64,000 nt of DNA from a virus. Shown here one piece after another: positions 1 to 10,645 of the stretch. Each line of letters opens with the position of its first letter. Position 1 is the stretch's first letter. Both the position numbers and the translations under genes were made by a program. The notes under the pieces are model-generated. The model searched no databases. It was not told the DNA's origin and saw nothing but the letters and a program-made list of their open reading frames with translations. Where the stretch lies: IMG/VR virus record IMGVR_UViG_3300021960_006627, positions 1-64,000 of that record. The stretch is one strand, 5' to 3'.

Positions 1-2
1 CA

Positions 3-2687
3 GGATTATATGATCCAAGTGGTTATGCTCCTGATTGGAATACAGATCCAGAGAAAGCGGCAGTGGCATACACAGAATACACTTACTTGGTAAACTGGTC
101 AATGTGGGATATGAGTGTATACTGGGATGGCGGCTCCCTTAGTCCTGAATGGGATGATAGTTTAAAGACCCCAGCAGGTATGTTGGCAAATAACCCATTA
201 GGTTATGCATTGTTCAATACATACTTTGCTCCAGTGTTAAGCAAACCAGATTTTGCCACAATAGAAAGTATCTTTGGCGAAAATGACACAGGCGTGTCAG
301 GATATGTTGTTGATGCATTAGTAGGCGGATCACCAGCAGTACCAGCAGTTGGGGATAGTTCTCTTATAACTAATCGAAACGCAGCAATGCCAACATTTAT
401 TGGTGATGGTTCAACGAATACAATTGAAATAGGACAATATATTTCACTTAATAACGGTGATACTTTAATATTTAGACCTCAGGAAAGTGACGGCAGTGTT
501 ACGATTACTGACCCTAATATTATAGACAGTCAAATTAGTGGTGGTACATTATCTGCAATGGGTGGAGCATATGTAACTGCAACAGGATTACCTGCAGAAG
601 AAATTAAAATAGATGGCGGTATCTTTGTAGATAAGGATCAAGTACCAGCACCCGAAGAAAACGTTCCAGGACAAATCCTTGACAGCCTAAGCATAAAAGT
701 TTTCCATTCAACTTCGAGCGGAGCAGCACCTATTCAAAGCAAAGTTTTAGTAGGTGACGATTCAACAGCAACTTACAGCATTGGTCAGAAAGTAATTGAA
801 AGCAAGAATGTAATAGTTTATGTTGATGGTATCAAGAAGGAACAAGGAACTGCTAATGATGAATATTTCGTTGATATTATTAATAGCACAATTACTCTTA
901 ATACCACTCCTAGCGCAGGAAGCAAGATAGAAATTATTTCAATTGGAATAGGTGGTGTTGCTATACTAGATTATCAAGAATTTATAGCAGACGGTGAAAC
1001 AAGTTTCTTCCTTACGAATGCTAATTTTGCAGACAGCTCAACGATATTTGCAACTATCGATGGAGTTGAAACAGATGCAGGATTTGTTAATAGCACTGAT
1101 ATTGTAGATACCACTGACAGAACACTAGTTCAGTTTGGTACAGTACCTGCAAAGGATAAAATTATAAAAATAATTGTGATGGGAACTGCTGAAGATGTTG
1201 ATAGTACAAGCATACCTATTGTAAGAATAAACCAACAGTCATTATTATTTGACGGAAGCAGTAGATTACTTGATCTAGATAATTTTGTTAATTTAACAAG
1301 AGCCAACGCAGCATCCGCTGTTATAGTTGAAGTTGATGGTGTAAAACTCAAAGGAGTAGATACCACTTTTGCAATTTATGACGGTACAACAAATAAATTT
1401 ATTTTAGGAGTAGATCCTGAAGAAGCACCTGGCGCAATTTTGACTTCAAACATAGAAGTGTATGTTAATGATGTTCAGCAAGAATTTATTAATGATTATG
1501 TTTATAATGGTACAACAAAAGAATTAGAAATTGTTGCTCCACTCACAACAGGCGATGAAATAAAAATAATAAATGATTTAAGATCTGAATACACGGTCAG
1601 CGGAAATTCATTAACAATTAAAGGTTCGGTGTCAATGACAGAAGGATCAACTATTGACGTTACATGGTTTAGCGAGTATCCTTCCATGGGAATAGTAACT
1701 GATAGATTTACGGGAGGTAAGGTAAATTATAAACTTCCATTTGCTCCATTGGCAACCAGTTATGTTTGGGTTTATAAAAATGGTATCAGATTAATTTCTG
1801 ACATTGATTACAGCGTTTCGTTACCAAGAGGAGTTGTTTATCTCACAGATGCAACTACTGAGTCTGATATTATAACAATTACAATATATGGAACTGATGT
1901 ATTTAGATTGCCAGTAGGATACGAAGTAAGCAAGGATATGCTAAACGTTTATCATTTCAATAGATTTAATTACAATAATGAAGTAAGATTATTAACTAAC
2001 CTTAACTATTATGATCAAAGCATTACAGTTACAAATGCTTCCACACTGGCTGTACCATTACCAGAAAGAAATGTTCCAGGTGCAGTAATGATCAATAATG
2101 AAAGAATAGAATATCTAGAAAAGAATGGTAATGTCTTAAGCAAACTGAGAAGAGGAACACAGGGTACAGCAATTAAGGAAACACATTCTGCTAATGATTT
2201 AGTAGTTGATGTAAGCATAGCAGAACAACTTCCTTACACCGAGTCACAGGAAAGACTGGACTATGTGAGTGATGGTAGTAGTTTATTGATTGGCCCATTG
2301 AATTTTGTACCATCACAGACTGAAGATCCTAACTGGTATTCAGAGACAATACCGTCGGAATTTAACAGATGTGATACAATAGAAGTATTTGCTGGTGGAA
2401 AGAGACTTAGAAAAACATCATTAACAGTATTTGATGAAACTCTAGGAGCAACTAGCCCAGCAGGTGATAAACAACTAGAAGCGGAATTTGCAGTTGATGG
2501 AGTTAATCCTTATGTAAGATTAAGTCAATCATTGCCTGCAGGAACTAGAATAACGATAATTAAAAGGGTAGGAAATACTTGGTACGACAGGGGTACAAAT
2601 ACCGCTACATCAGGCGTTACATTGCTTGATAACGCTACTCCAATCAGTCAATTCATTGCTGCTAAGAGTACCGGATTGCCTGAATAA
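3..2687 (+). CDS. Large virion structural protein (baseplate wedge-like), 5'-truncated by window
   Basis: Frame is open from nt 3; repeated beta-rich modules (VYVDG, VYVND, VYKNG), INNERIEY...LRRGTQGT motif; lies upstream of tail genes. Confidence 0.65.
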   Translation, partial: GLYDPSGYAPDWNTDPEKAAVAYTEYTYLVNWSMWDMSVYWDGGSLSPEWDDSLKTPAGMLANNPLGYALFNTYFAPVLSKPDFATIESIFGENDTGVSGYVVDALVGGSPAVPAVGDSSLITNRNAAMPTFIGDGSTNTIEIGQYISLNNGDTLIFRPQESDGSVTITDPNIIDSQISGGTLSAMGGAYVTATGLPAEEIKIDGGIFVDKDQVPAPEENVPGQILDSLSIKVFHSTSSGAAPIQSKVLVGDDSTATYSIGQKVIESKNVIVYVDGIKKEQGTANDEYFVDIINSTITLNTTPSAGSKIEIISIGIGGVAILDYQEFIADGETSFFLTNANFADSSTIFATIDGVETDAGFVNSTDIVDTTDRTLVQFGTVPAKDKIIKIIVMGTAEDVDSTSIPIVRINQQSLLFDGSSRLLDLDNFVNLTRANAASAVIVEVDGVKLKGVDTTFAIYDGTTNKFILGVDPEEAPGAILTSNIEVYVNDVQQEFINDYVYNGTTKELEIVAPLTTGDEIKIINDLRSEYTVSGNSLTIKGSVSMTEGSTIDVTWFSEYPSMGIVTDRFTGGKVNYKLPFAPLATSYVWVYKNGIRLISDIDYSVSLPRGVVYLTDATTESDIITITIYGTDVFRLPVGYEVSKDMLNVYHFNRFNYNNEVRLLTNLNYYDQSITVTNASTLAVPLPERNVPGAVMINNERIEYLEKNGNVLSKLRRGTQGTAIKETHSANDLVVDVSIAEQLPYTESQERLDYVSDGSSLLIGPLNFVPSQTEDPNWYSETIPSEFNRCDTIEVFAGGKRLRKTSLTVFDETLGATSPAGDKQLEAEFAVDGVNPYVRLSQSLPAGTRITIIKRVGNTWYDRGTNTATSGVTLLDNATPISQFIAAKSTGLPE

Positions 2688-2690
2688 ATA
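2685..2690 (+). promoter_or_regulatory. Putative late promoter TAAATA, 4 nt before ATG (leaderless)
   Basis: TAAATAcagtATG; identical context recurs at 50840-50845 on the - strand. Confidence 0.55.
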
Positions 2691-2694
2691 CAGT

Positions 2695-3357
2695 ATGGAA
2701 ACCAAAGAGAATATGATGCCAAACACTGATAAAAACAACACAGATAAACCTGCTGTAAATGAGACCGGTGGTTTTCATTTCGAAGGTCATATCAAGATAT
2801 TTGACCCTGAAACTGGTGAAGTTTTCCAGGACAAAAGAAACGCTATACACTATGAAAACATGAGTATTGCTATGGTTAATAGTTTAAGTAACCAAGGGCT
2901 AGGTACTGTGTATTCCATGGTATTTGGAAGTGGGGGAACAACAGTTGATCCTACGGGTTTAATTACATATCTAACCCCAAACACTGTAGGAACAAATTCA
3001 AGTTTATATAACCAAACATACTCTAAGGTTGTAGATCAAAATGCTGTTGCAAACGTTGATCCGGTGAGAAATAAAATGGAAATTAGACATGTAAGTGGCG
3101 CAACATACAGTGATATAGTTATTACATGCTTATTAGATTATGGTGAGCCAGATGGCCAACAAGCATTTGACAATTCAGTCAATATGGACGATAACTTTGT
3201 GTTTGATGAATTAGGATTGAAATCATACAATCCAGATGGTGAGGGCAAGTTGCTTACACACGTTGTATTCCATCCAGTTCAAAAGTCTCTTAATAGATTA
3301 CTACAGATTGATTACACTATAAGAGTGCAAAGTTTAACAGGTTTTACTGAGGTATAA
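2695..3357 (+). CDS. Virion structural/baseplate-associated protein
   Basis: ORF between baseplate and fibre genes; FVFDELGL, THVVFHPVQKSLNR; start moved to METKEN. Confidence 0.55.
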   Translation: METKENMMPNTDKNNTDKPAVNETGGFHFEGHIKIFDPETGEVFQDKRNAIHYENMSIAMVNSLSNQGLGTVYSMVFGSGGTTVDPTGLITYLTPNTVGTNSSLYNQTYSKVVDQNAVANVDPVRNKMEIRHVSGATYSDIVITCLLDYGEPDGQQAFDNSVNMDDNFVFDELGLKSYNPDGEGKLLTHVVFHPVQKSLNRLLQIDYTIRVQSLTGFTEV

Positions 3358-3360
3358 TAG

Positions 3361-5508
3361 ATGCCATATATTGTAAATTTTACAGATAGAGAAAATAAGA
3401 CGCCAATTACGGTATTTGATAATACTTCCAGTCAGGATACAAGTTTAACTTTTCCAGGAAGAAACGTAACAGGTTACGGTCAGATTATTGCGGAAAATTT
3501 CCTAGCAATTTTAGAAAACTTTGCAAGTGCATCAGAGCCTGTTAATCCGGTTGAAGGACAACTTTGGTATGATACAGAAAATAATGTATTACAGTTATGG
3601 GACAACACAAATTGGAAAGCCGCATCAAATATTCAAAAATCACCAGTTGAACCAAGCGTTGATAATTCAAAGGTTGGCGAACTATGGGTAGATACAACAA
3701 ATCAACAGTTAAGAATTTATACAGGCACAAGATGGTTACTTGTGGGACCTAGCGAAAGTTCGATAGATGGTTTAAGATACGGTCCAGCAGTAGAAAGAAT
3801 TACAGACAGTGATAACAATACGAGAAACATATTAATACTTTATATTGCTGATCAACCTGTCGCAATTGTATCCAAGGATTCATTTACACCCAAGATTGAT
3901 ATTATTGGGTTTGATACTATTAAATCAGGAATCAATATTGCCATACCTGCCAATGACACTGAGATTGCAGCGTTTGCGAGTATTTTCGAAGGAGGTAATC
4001 TTCCTAAGATTATTGGAACAGCATCAGATGCTGATGCGCTAAATGTTGGTGGTACAACTGTTGCAGCAGGAAAATTTTTAAGATCAGATCAAATCAACAC
4101 AACTGAATTTGGATTTAACGTTAGAAATAATTCCGGATTAACCGTTGGTGCAGATGGTAACTTCAATCTATCAACATCGACCACTTCTGCAAAAATTTAT
4201 AACTCAACCTCAGGTAGTTCCATTGATTTACAAACAAATAGAAATGGCATTCCTAGTACGATATTAAGAGTAGTTGATAACAAGATAGGAATAAACGTTG
4301 CTGATCCAGATACAGCGTTAGAAGTAGATGGTGACATAAGCCTATCCGGTCAAATCATAATTAATAATACAAATGAATCGATCAATTTACAGACTGGTAG
4401 TTTTATTACCACTGGTGGTGCAGCAATAACTAAAAATTTAAAAGTAGGTACAACTTTAGATGTTGCTGGAGCAACACAACTACGAGATACATATCCAGCC
4501 GTTTCTGATGTAAGCGATCTAGGAAGTACATCCAATAGATGGAAGAATGTTTATGCTGCCAAAATTATTGCTGATGAAATTGAAGGAACTATTAATGGTA
4601 ATATCACAGGTAATGCTAACACAGCAACAAACCTTAAAAATGTAACAAGTTTTTCACTGGCAGGAGACGTAATTTCTCCGGCAGTAAGATTTGATGGTCA
4701 GGTTGATGGATTATCAAAAGTTTTTAACACAGAACTTACAGCCAACATTATTAAAAACAAAGATGAACCAACTCCTAATGAGTCTGAATCAAACGATTTT
4801 GTTTTAGTATATAGAGCATCTGCTGAAACAGGTGGGTCGTCAGGCCTATTAAAACAAACAAGAAACACATTTATTGCAGATCTTGGAGTTCCGATAGGAG
4901 CAATAATGCCATATGCAGGTTCAAATCTTCCAGAAGGATATTTGTTATGCGATGGCGGCGAAGTTGAAAGAGCAAAATTTCCTCAACTGTATGATGTAAT
5001 AGGTACAACATACAATGGTTTAGCAGCACTAAATGGATTTGGAACATTTAGATTGCCTGACTTGAGAGGTCGATTTGCTCTTGGTAGGCATAACATGGAT
5101 AATAATATTTCGGTTCCTACAGCAGCAGGAGGATTTGTTGATAATGGTGGCGGAACACCGGTTCCTGCTAGAGTTGAAGGTACAGAAGCAGAAACACTTG
5201 CAGCAACTAGTGGATCAAGTTCGGTTTCATTGACACTGGGAAATATTCCGGAACACACACATGATATGACTGCTAATGGTATTCAGTACAGTGCAGTTAG
5301 AATTGATACAGCAATTAGTCCTCCAGGTGTAACTGGCTCAGGACCAACTGCTCCTGGACAAGCACAGTATCTACAGGATTCAGGCGGAGTAAAAAAACCA
5401 AGTGCAGACTTTACTCTTGGAAGTCCTGTTGGTATAATGAATCCATACCAAACATTAAATTATATAATTAGATCTGGACCACCAGCATTTGAAACAATAG
5501 GATTATAA
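3361..5508 (+). CDS. Tail fibre/baseplate protein with phage tail-collar domain
   Basis: GVPIGAIMPYAG...GYLLCDG...LYDVIGTTY...FRLPDLRGRF collar motif; N-terminal module shared with paralogs. Confidence 0.8.
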   Translation: MPYIVNFTDRENKTPITVFDNTSSQDTSLTFPGRNVTGYGQIIAENFLAILENFASASEPVNPVEGQLWYDTENNVLQLWDNTNWKAASNIQKSPVEPSVDNSKVGELWVDTTNQQLRIYTGTRWLLVGPSESSIDGLRYGPAVERITDSDNNTRNILILYIADQPVAIVSKDSFTPKIDIIGFDTIKSGINIAIPANDTEIAAFASIFEGGNLPKIIGTASDADALNVGGTTVAAGKFLRSDQINTTEFGFNVRNNSGLTVGADGNFNLSTSTTSAKIYNSTSGSSIDLQTNRNGIPSTILRVVDNKIGINVADPDTALEVDGDISLSGQIIINNTNESINLQTGSFITTGGAAITKNLKVGTTLDVAGATQLRDTYPAVSDVSDLGSTSNRWKNVYAAKIIADEIEGTINGNITGNANTATNLKNVTSFSLAGDVISPAVRFDGQVDGLSKVFNTELTANIIKNKDEPTPNESESNDFVLVYRASAETGGSSGLLKQTRNTFIADLGVPIGAIMPYAGSNLPEGYLLCDGGEVERAKFPQLYDVIGTTYNGLAALNGFGTFRLPDLRGRFALGRHNMDNNISVPTAAGGFVDNGGGTPVPARVEGTEAETLAATSGSSSVSLTLGNIPEHTHDMTANGIQYSAVRIDTAISPPGVTGSGPTAPGQAQYLQDSGGVKKPSADFTLGSPVGIMNPYQTLNYIIRSGPPAFETIGL

Positions 5509-5509
5509 G

Positions 5510-7396
5510 ATGGCATATCAAATTAATAAAACAGACGGAACTATTGTAGCAACTGTTGCTGACGGTCAGATTGATAACGTATCGACTGATATCACGCTCA
5601 TAGGTAAAAACTATAGTGGATTCGGTGAAGCACTAAATGAAAATTTTATTAAATTATTAGAAAATTTTTCAGGAACTGGCATTCCTGAGCATCCTATTAG
5701 AGGACAGATTTGGTTTGATGCAAATGAATTAAAATTAAAAGTTTATTCTGGTACAGCATTTGTACCTGTTAGTTCTGCAACTATTTCAAATACACAACCA
5801 TCAACACTAGGTGTTGGGGATTTATGGTTTAATGATTCTGCCAAACAGTTATACTTCTTTGATGGAACAAACACAATTCTTCTTGGTCCTGATTATTCAG
5901 AATCACAAGGATTGAGCGGACTTAGAGTATCAAGCATATTAGATTCACTAAACCAAACACGTGTTATTACTTTATTATATAATAACGGTGTCCTATTAGG
6001 AATTTTTGCAAAGGATTCATTTACTCCCAAGAATGCAATAGAAGGATTCAGCGGAAGCATAGCGCCTGGTTTCAACCAGGGAACGCTGTCCGGAATGAAA
6101 TTTGATGTAACATGTACGAACTCCGAACAACTTGGTGGTGCAATTGCAACACAATATGTTAGAAAGGACACTGCTAATAACCTGAGTAACACACTTAGAA
6201 TTGAAAGTGATCTTGGTCTCGTTGTTGGTACTGCTGGTCAGGCAAACTTAACTGTTGATAATGGTAACGTAAAATTATCCAACAGTGCCACGGACAAACA
6301 ATTAATTATTGATGTGCGTAAAGGGATTACGCAGGAACAAGCGATAGTTATCAATGCCTCTACTAGAACTATAGGAATGTATGAAGCATTTTCAAATAGC
6401 CAAATAAACGTTGGCGGCGGCATGGAAGTTAATGGAAATGTTACAATCAAGGGTAGCCTTATTATCAACGATGGTGACATATCTGTAATTAGGGAAACTG
6501 AACTTGCCGTAGAAGACAAATACATTACGCTGGCACAGACTGGAGACAGTGGATCAAATTCAGATTCAATAGCAGATGGTGGTGGCCTTATTCTAAAAGG
6601 AACCACTGACCACGTGTTAATGTGGAGTGAAAATGGTCTAGGAGGAACACCAGAGTATCCAGAACTTGCTGCACAGGCTTGGACTTCCTCAGAACACATA
6701 AACCTAGCAAGCGGAAAAGAATTTAAAATTAACGGTGTAACGGTTATAAGTGGTAATTCATTAGGACCAGGTATTACTAGTATTCCGGGTGTTACTAGTT
6801 TTGGTACTCAGAATGTAATTAACATAGGTCCTGGACTTCCACCAACTGCTGAATTAAAGATAGAATCAGATAGCGGAAGTGGTAATCCAAGAATAACAAC
6901 ACTAAGCGGTAACCTGGATCTTGAACTGGCACCAAACGGAACGGGAAATGTTTCGCTGATAGGATCACCAAAGATAACTGGTATGGCAGATCCTACTGAT
7001 GCACAGGATGCTTCCACCAAGGAATACGTGGATGATACCGTTGAAAGAAGAAACCTTGCATTCTCGATGGATCTATCGGATGGTAAGCCGAACAGTTATA
7101 TTGCAAATACAATTCTAGCAGATCTAGCACCAGTTGCTGAATACAGAGACGGAACAATTGCAAGAATACTATGTACCGTTATAAACATTTCGACCACTTC
7201 ATTGGATATTAATCCTTTGATTAGTCAGAGTACCGCAACATTTAATACGCCTACTGGTACTGCACCCGCTGTAACAAACGTTGCGATTAGCACTGCAACA
7301 GTTTCAGCACCGAGCGTAACAACAACAAGAATTCTAAAGACTTTCCAATTGTTATCGAGCACTTGGACTTTTATTTCGGAAACGGTATTACCATAG
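5510..7396 (+). CDS. Tail fibre-like protein (paralog family)
   Basis: N-terminal GKNYxGxGExxNENFxxLLENF...GQIWFD module; DPTDAQDASTKEYVD fibre motif. Confidence 0.75.
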   Translation: MAYQINKTDGTIVATVADGQIDNVSTDITLIGKNYSGFGEALNENFIKLLENFSGTGIPEHPIRGQIWFDANELKLKVYSGTAFVPVSSATISNTQPSTLGVGDLWFNDSAKQLYFFDGTNTILLGPDYSESQGLSGLRVSSILDSLNQTRVITLLYNNGVLLGIFAKDSFTPKNAIEGFSGSIAPGFNQGTLSGMKFDVTCTNSEQLGGAIATQYVRKDTANNLSNTLRIESDLGLVVGTAGQANLTVDNGNVKLSNSATDKQLIIDVRKGITQEQAIVINASTRTIGMYEAFSNSQINVGGGMEVNGNVTIKGSLIINDGDISVIRETELAVEDKYITLAQTGDSGSNSDSIADGGGLILKGTTDHVLMWSENGLGGTPEYPELAAQAWTSSEHINLASGKEFKINGVTVISGNSLGPGITSIPGVTSFGTQNVINIGPGLPPTAELKIESDSGSGNPRITTLSGNLDLELAPNGTGNVSLIGSPKITGMADPTDAQDASTKEYVDDTVERRNLAFSMDLSDGKPNSYIANTILADLAPVAEYRDGTIARILCTVINISTTSLDINPLISQSTATFNTPTGTAPAVTNVAISTATVSAPSVTTTRILKTFQLLSSTWTFISETVLP

Positions 7397-7417
7397 GAAG
7401 GATTAGGAGCGTAAAGT

Positions 7418-9667
7418 ATGGCATATATTATAAACAAGAGTGATGGAACCCAACTAGTAAGCCTAGAGGATGCCAGTCTCGATACCACTACTAGCCTTAC
7501 GCTGGTAGGTAGAAATTACATTGGTTACGGTGAAATTCAAAACGAAAACTTCCTATACCTCCTCGAAAATTTTGCAAACAATACCGCTCCGCTAAGACCC
7601 ATTGCAGGACAGTTATGGTTTGACACGGGATCAAGCGTTCTCAAGAGCTACGACGGAACCAAATGGATAGAAGTTGGTGCGTCTGCCATGAGTGCAACGC
7701 CACCAGTTGATCCACAGTTGGGAGGATTTTGGTTCAAGACCCCTTCAAACACTCTTCATGTTTGGGATGGAACACAGTGGGTGTTCATAGGACCAGAAAC
7801 AGCAGAAGGATTTGGAATTACCAGAGCACAGGCGGATACACTTTTATCAACCACGGGTTCTAGATATCCTGTAATTAAATTAATGGTAAATGGAGTTGCC
7901 ACTGCAATCATTAGTTCGGTAGGGTTCACCATAGATGCCAGCGAAGCAATAGCAGGATTTTCTGATCTAGCAGCAGGAATAACCCTAAGCACGTCACACA
8001 AGGCAAAGGGAAATTTAGAGGGTGTTGCGGACAGGGCAACCATACTAGACACAACAAGATTAATAAATGGTGTAGGATTCAACGGTAGCAGAGACATTAC
8101 CATTAAATCCAGCACAACAAGCAAGTTGATTGGTGGGGATTACATAGTCGGCAGTGATTTCGATGGAAGTACTGCGGAGACCTGGGCAGTTGATGCAACA
8201 GCAAACAACACGATCGGCAAGGTGGTAGCAAGAGATGCAAGCGGAAACTTTGCCGCAGGCACAATCACAGCAGATTTAGTGGGAGACGTTCAGGGTAACG
8301 TTACAGTCACAACTGGAAATAGCACATTTAATACGGTAACAGCAAATGCTTTCATAGGTGCAACGCTAAGTGGTAATTCAAACACCACGACCAAGTTAAG
8401 AACTCCAAGAAATATTAACGGAGTTGCATTTGATGGTACGGCAGACATTACGGTTACTGCTGATGCATTCACCCTTACTGGATCAGCACTGGCAAATAAC
8501 GTAACAACATCAGCACTTGAAAACGTTGGAACGCTAACCAATCTGGGTGTTGCTGGTAACATAACCATAAACAGTAATTTAATCATAAGCAATTCAAGCG
8601 GTGCAATAGTAACAGCAAACAGAACATTTGACATCAAGGCAAGTGATGGTACTGGTAGCACCACTCTTAAATTAATTTCACCGGATGTGTCATCATTGGC
8701 AGGTACCGGAGCAATAGGAGGATTGGTTCCTTCAACAACGCTTGGAGCGGATCTTGGTAAGAGCAATCTTAAGTTCAAGAATGCACATGCGGAAACATTC
8801 AATGGTGATCTAATTGGAAATGCCAGCACGGCAACACTGGCTGGAACTGCAACAAACATAGGTGGAGGCACTGGTGGTGATATTCCTTATCAAACCGCCG
8901 CTGGCGCAACTTCGTTGCTTCCTGCAGGAACCGCGGGGCAGGTTCTTCGAACCGGCGGACCTGGCAATCCACCGACTTGGGGAACAGTTACTTTTGCGAC
9001 ACTTAATGTTGGTGCATACCTAACAGGTTCTAATTACGATGGTATTGCAAACACTACCTTAAACGTCGATGCTGATACTGCAAATGCTGCCAACAAGGTA
9101 GTTGCTAGAGATGGTTCAGGAAATTTTGCAGCAGGAACAATTACAGCAAATCTTACAGGTAACGTTACAGGTAATACGAATGGTACTCATACTGGAAATG
9201 TTGTTGGAAATGTAACAGGAAATGTTGTAGGTGATCTTACAGGAACTGCTACTAATGCAACTAACGCTTCCTTGAGTACGACACAACCTGCAGGAACAAG
9301 CAACACAACGATTGCAACAACGGCATTTGTACAATCAGAAATTAATAGAAATGTTCCTAGAACGATGACGATATCAGGACCATTTCCAAATACAACATCA
9401 CCTGATCCTGAATACATTGATTTGATACAGGCATATATACCTGCTAATTCTGTTGCTTCAGGAACAACTTTTGAATTAATTATCAATCAATTATTTACGA
9501 GTTCGGTTAGTTCGTTTAGTGCGGCTAGATGGATTCTAGCATATAGATGGGCAACTGCGAGTGTAAGTACAAGCACAACACTTTATGAGAGCGGAGTTGA
9601 TTACATATTAACTTACAGCTCGAATGGTAGTGCTTGGTCATACACAGGGACTTGGAGAACGATTTAA
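7418..9667 (+). CDS. Long tail fibre-like protein
   Basis: Same N-terminal module; RxINGVxFxGxxDIT repeats, VVARDxSGNFAAGTITA twice, GNVT repeats, IATTAFVQ. Confidence 0.8.
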   Translation: MAYIINKSDGTQLVSLEDASLDTTTSLTLVGRNYIGYGEIQNENFLYLLENFANNTAPLRPIAGQLWFDTGSSVLKSYDGTKWIEVGASAMSATPPVDPQLGGFWFKTPSNTLHVWDGTQWVFIGPETAEGFGITRAQADTLLSTTGSRYPVIKLMVNGVATAIISSVGFTIDASEAIAGFSDLAAGITLSTSHKAKGNLEGVADRATILDTTRLINGVGFNGSRDITIKSSTTSKLIGGDYIVGSDFDGSTAETWAVDATANNTIGKVVARDASGNFAAGTITADLVGDVQGNVTVTTGNSTFNTVTANAFIGATLSGNSNTTTKLRTPRNINGVAFDGTADITVTADAFTLTGSALANNVTTSALENVGTLTNLGVAGNITINSNLIISNSSGAIVTANRTFDIKASDGTGSTTLKLISPDVSSLAGTGAIGGLVPSTTLGADLGKSNLKFKNAHAETFNGDLIGNASTATLAGTATNIGGGTGGDIPYQTAAGATSLLPAGTAGQVLRTGGPGNPPTWGTVTFATLNVGAYLTGSNYDGIANTTLNVDADTANAANKVVARDGSGNFAAGTITANLTGNVTGNTNGTHTGNVVGNVTGNVVGDLTGTATNATNASLSTTQPAGTSNTTIATTAFVQSEINRNVPRTMTISGPFPNTTSPDPEYIDLIQAYIPANSVASGTTFELIINQLFTSSVSSFSAARWILAYRWATASVSTSTTLYESGVDYILTYSSNGSAWSYTGTWRTI

Positions 9668-10167
9668 TGAGTAAGGTATCATTGATACCTGACTATTGTA
9701 AAAATGTTAATGAAATAATTTCATTGGCAGAAAAATACGAGGACGAATTTTTCGTTCGAGCGCCGGGGGAAGAGTTTAATTTTGTAACTGCCTACGGTGA
9801 AAGTAGTTTGAAAAGCATGTTTCGTTGGAACATGCCAGAGGATTTGAAGGAATTGATTTACGAATCACTTCCTGAGGAAGATAAATCCTGCGATGGTTTC
9901 TGCATAAACAGATACGATCCAGGAGATTACTTGAAGAAGCACAGAGATAGTGCTGGGGGATATTGGAAATTTAAACTGATATTCCTAAGAGCAGATGCTC
10001 CGCACTTCAAGTGGTATGATGATAAAACGGAGATAGGATATTTGGTAGATGAAAAACCAGGAATGTTAATTGATATGCCGGTTAATCTACCACATGAGGT
10101 AACAAAAATAGGAAATAATGAAAGACCTAAGTTTAGTCTTGCATTAAGTTGGGGAAGAACACAATGA
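9667..10167 (+). CDS. 2OG-Fe(II) oxygenase-like protein
   Basis: NRY...HRD (HxD), distal PHEV His and downstream R.x.S-type residues; coupled by TAATG to fibre gene. Confidence 0.65.
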   Translation: MSKVSLIPDYCKNVNEIISLAEKYEDEFFVRAPGEEFNFVTAYGESSLKSMFRWNMPEDLKELIYESLPEEDKSCDGFCINRYDPGDYLKKHRDSAGGYWKFKLIFLRADAPHFKWYDDKTEIGYLVDEKPGMLIDMPVNLPHEVTKIGNNERPKFSLALSWGRTQ

Positions 10168-10607
10168 CAAAGATGATTATAGTTTTTAATAGAGATGGAT
10201 CTAAACCGGTCACGGCACAGCCTTATGATTCACAGTTTGAATCTAATCTTGTTGCTGGTAACTTGAAGCACAAGGTTCTTGAATACGATACAGACAACGA
10301 ATATTATTGGGGCGATTTTAATAGTGGTGGAATTCGTTCTCTCAACGATGTTCCTATCATAGAAGAACTAGCAATTGACGAACTAACAAACAAGCAGATT
10401 CTAGTAAAATATCCAGTTCATAAGCAGATCAACATAATTGCTGAGTGTTTGGAACAGGCAGGAATACCTCTAACGGATGCATTTACAGAAATGCGCAATT
10501 ACGTCAATCAGAAGGTAGAAAATCATAATACAGCGGTTGAAACCTATGCGGAAAACCCAAATACGTATAGTTTTAATCCTAAACCACCAGCACCTGCAGA
10601 TGACTAA
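10164..10607 (+). CDS. Hypothetical protein, possible tail-fibre assembly chaperone
   Basis: ATGA overlap; KYPVHKQINI helical C-terminus; position after fibre gene. Confidence 0.4.
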   Translation: MTKMIIVFNRDGSKPVTAQPYDSQFESNLVAGNLKHKVLEYDTDNEYYWGDFNSGGIRSLNDVPIIEELAIDELTNKQILVKYPVHKQINIIAECLEQAGIPLTDAFTEMRNYVNQKVENHNTAVETYAENPNTYSFNPKPPAPADD

Positions 10608-10645
10608 AGTGCATAAATACAACAGTAAAATAGGAAAAACGCATA

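Noticed and set aside
9150-9260. Short tandem-like repeats (GGxAAxGTx)
   Set aside because: Encode GNVT peptide repeats of the fibre shaft; not CRISPR or DGR repeats.
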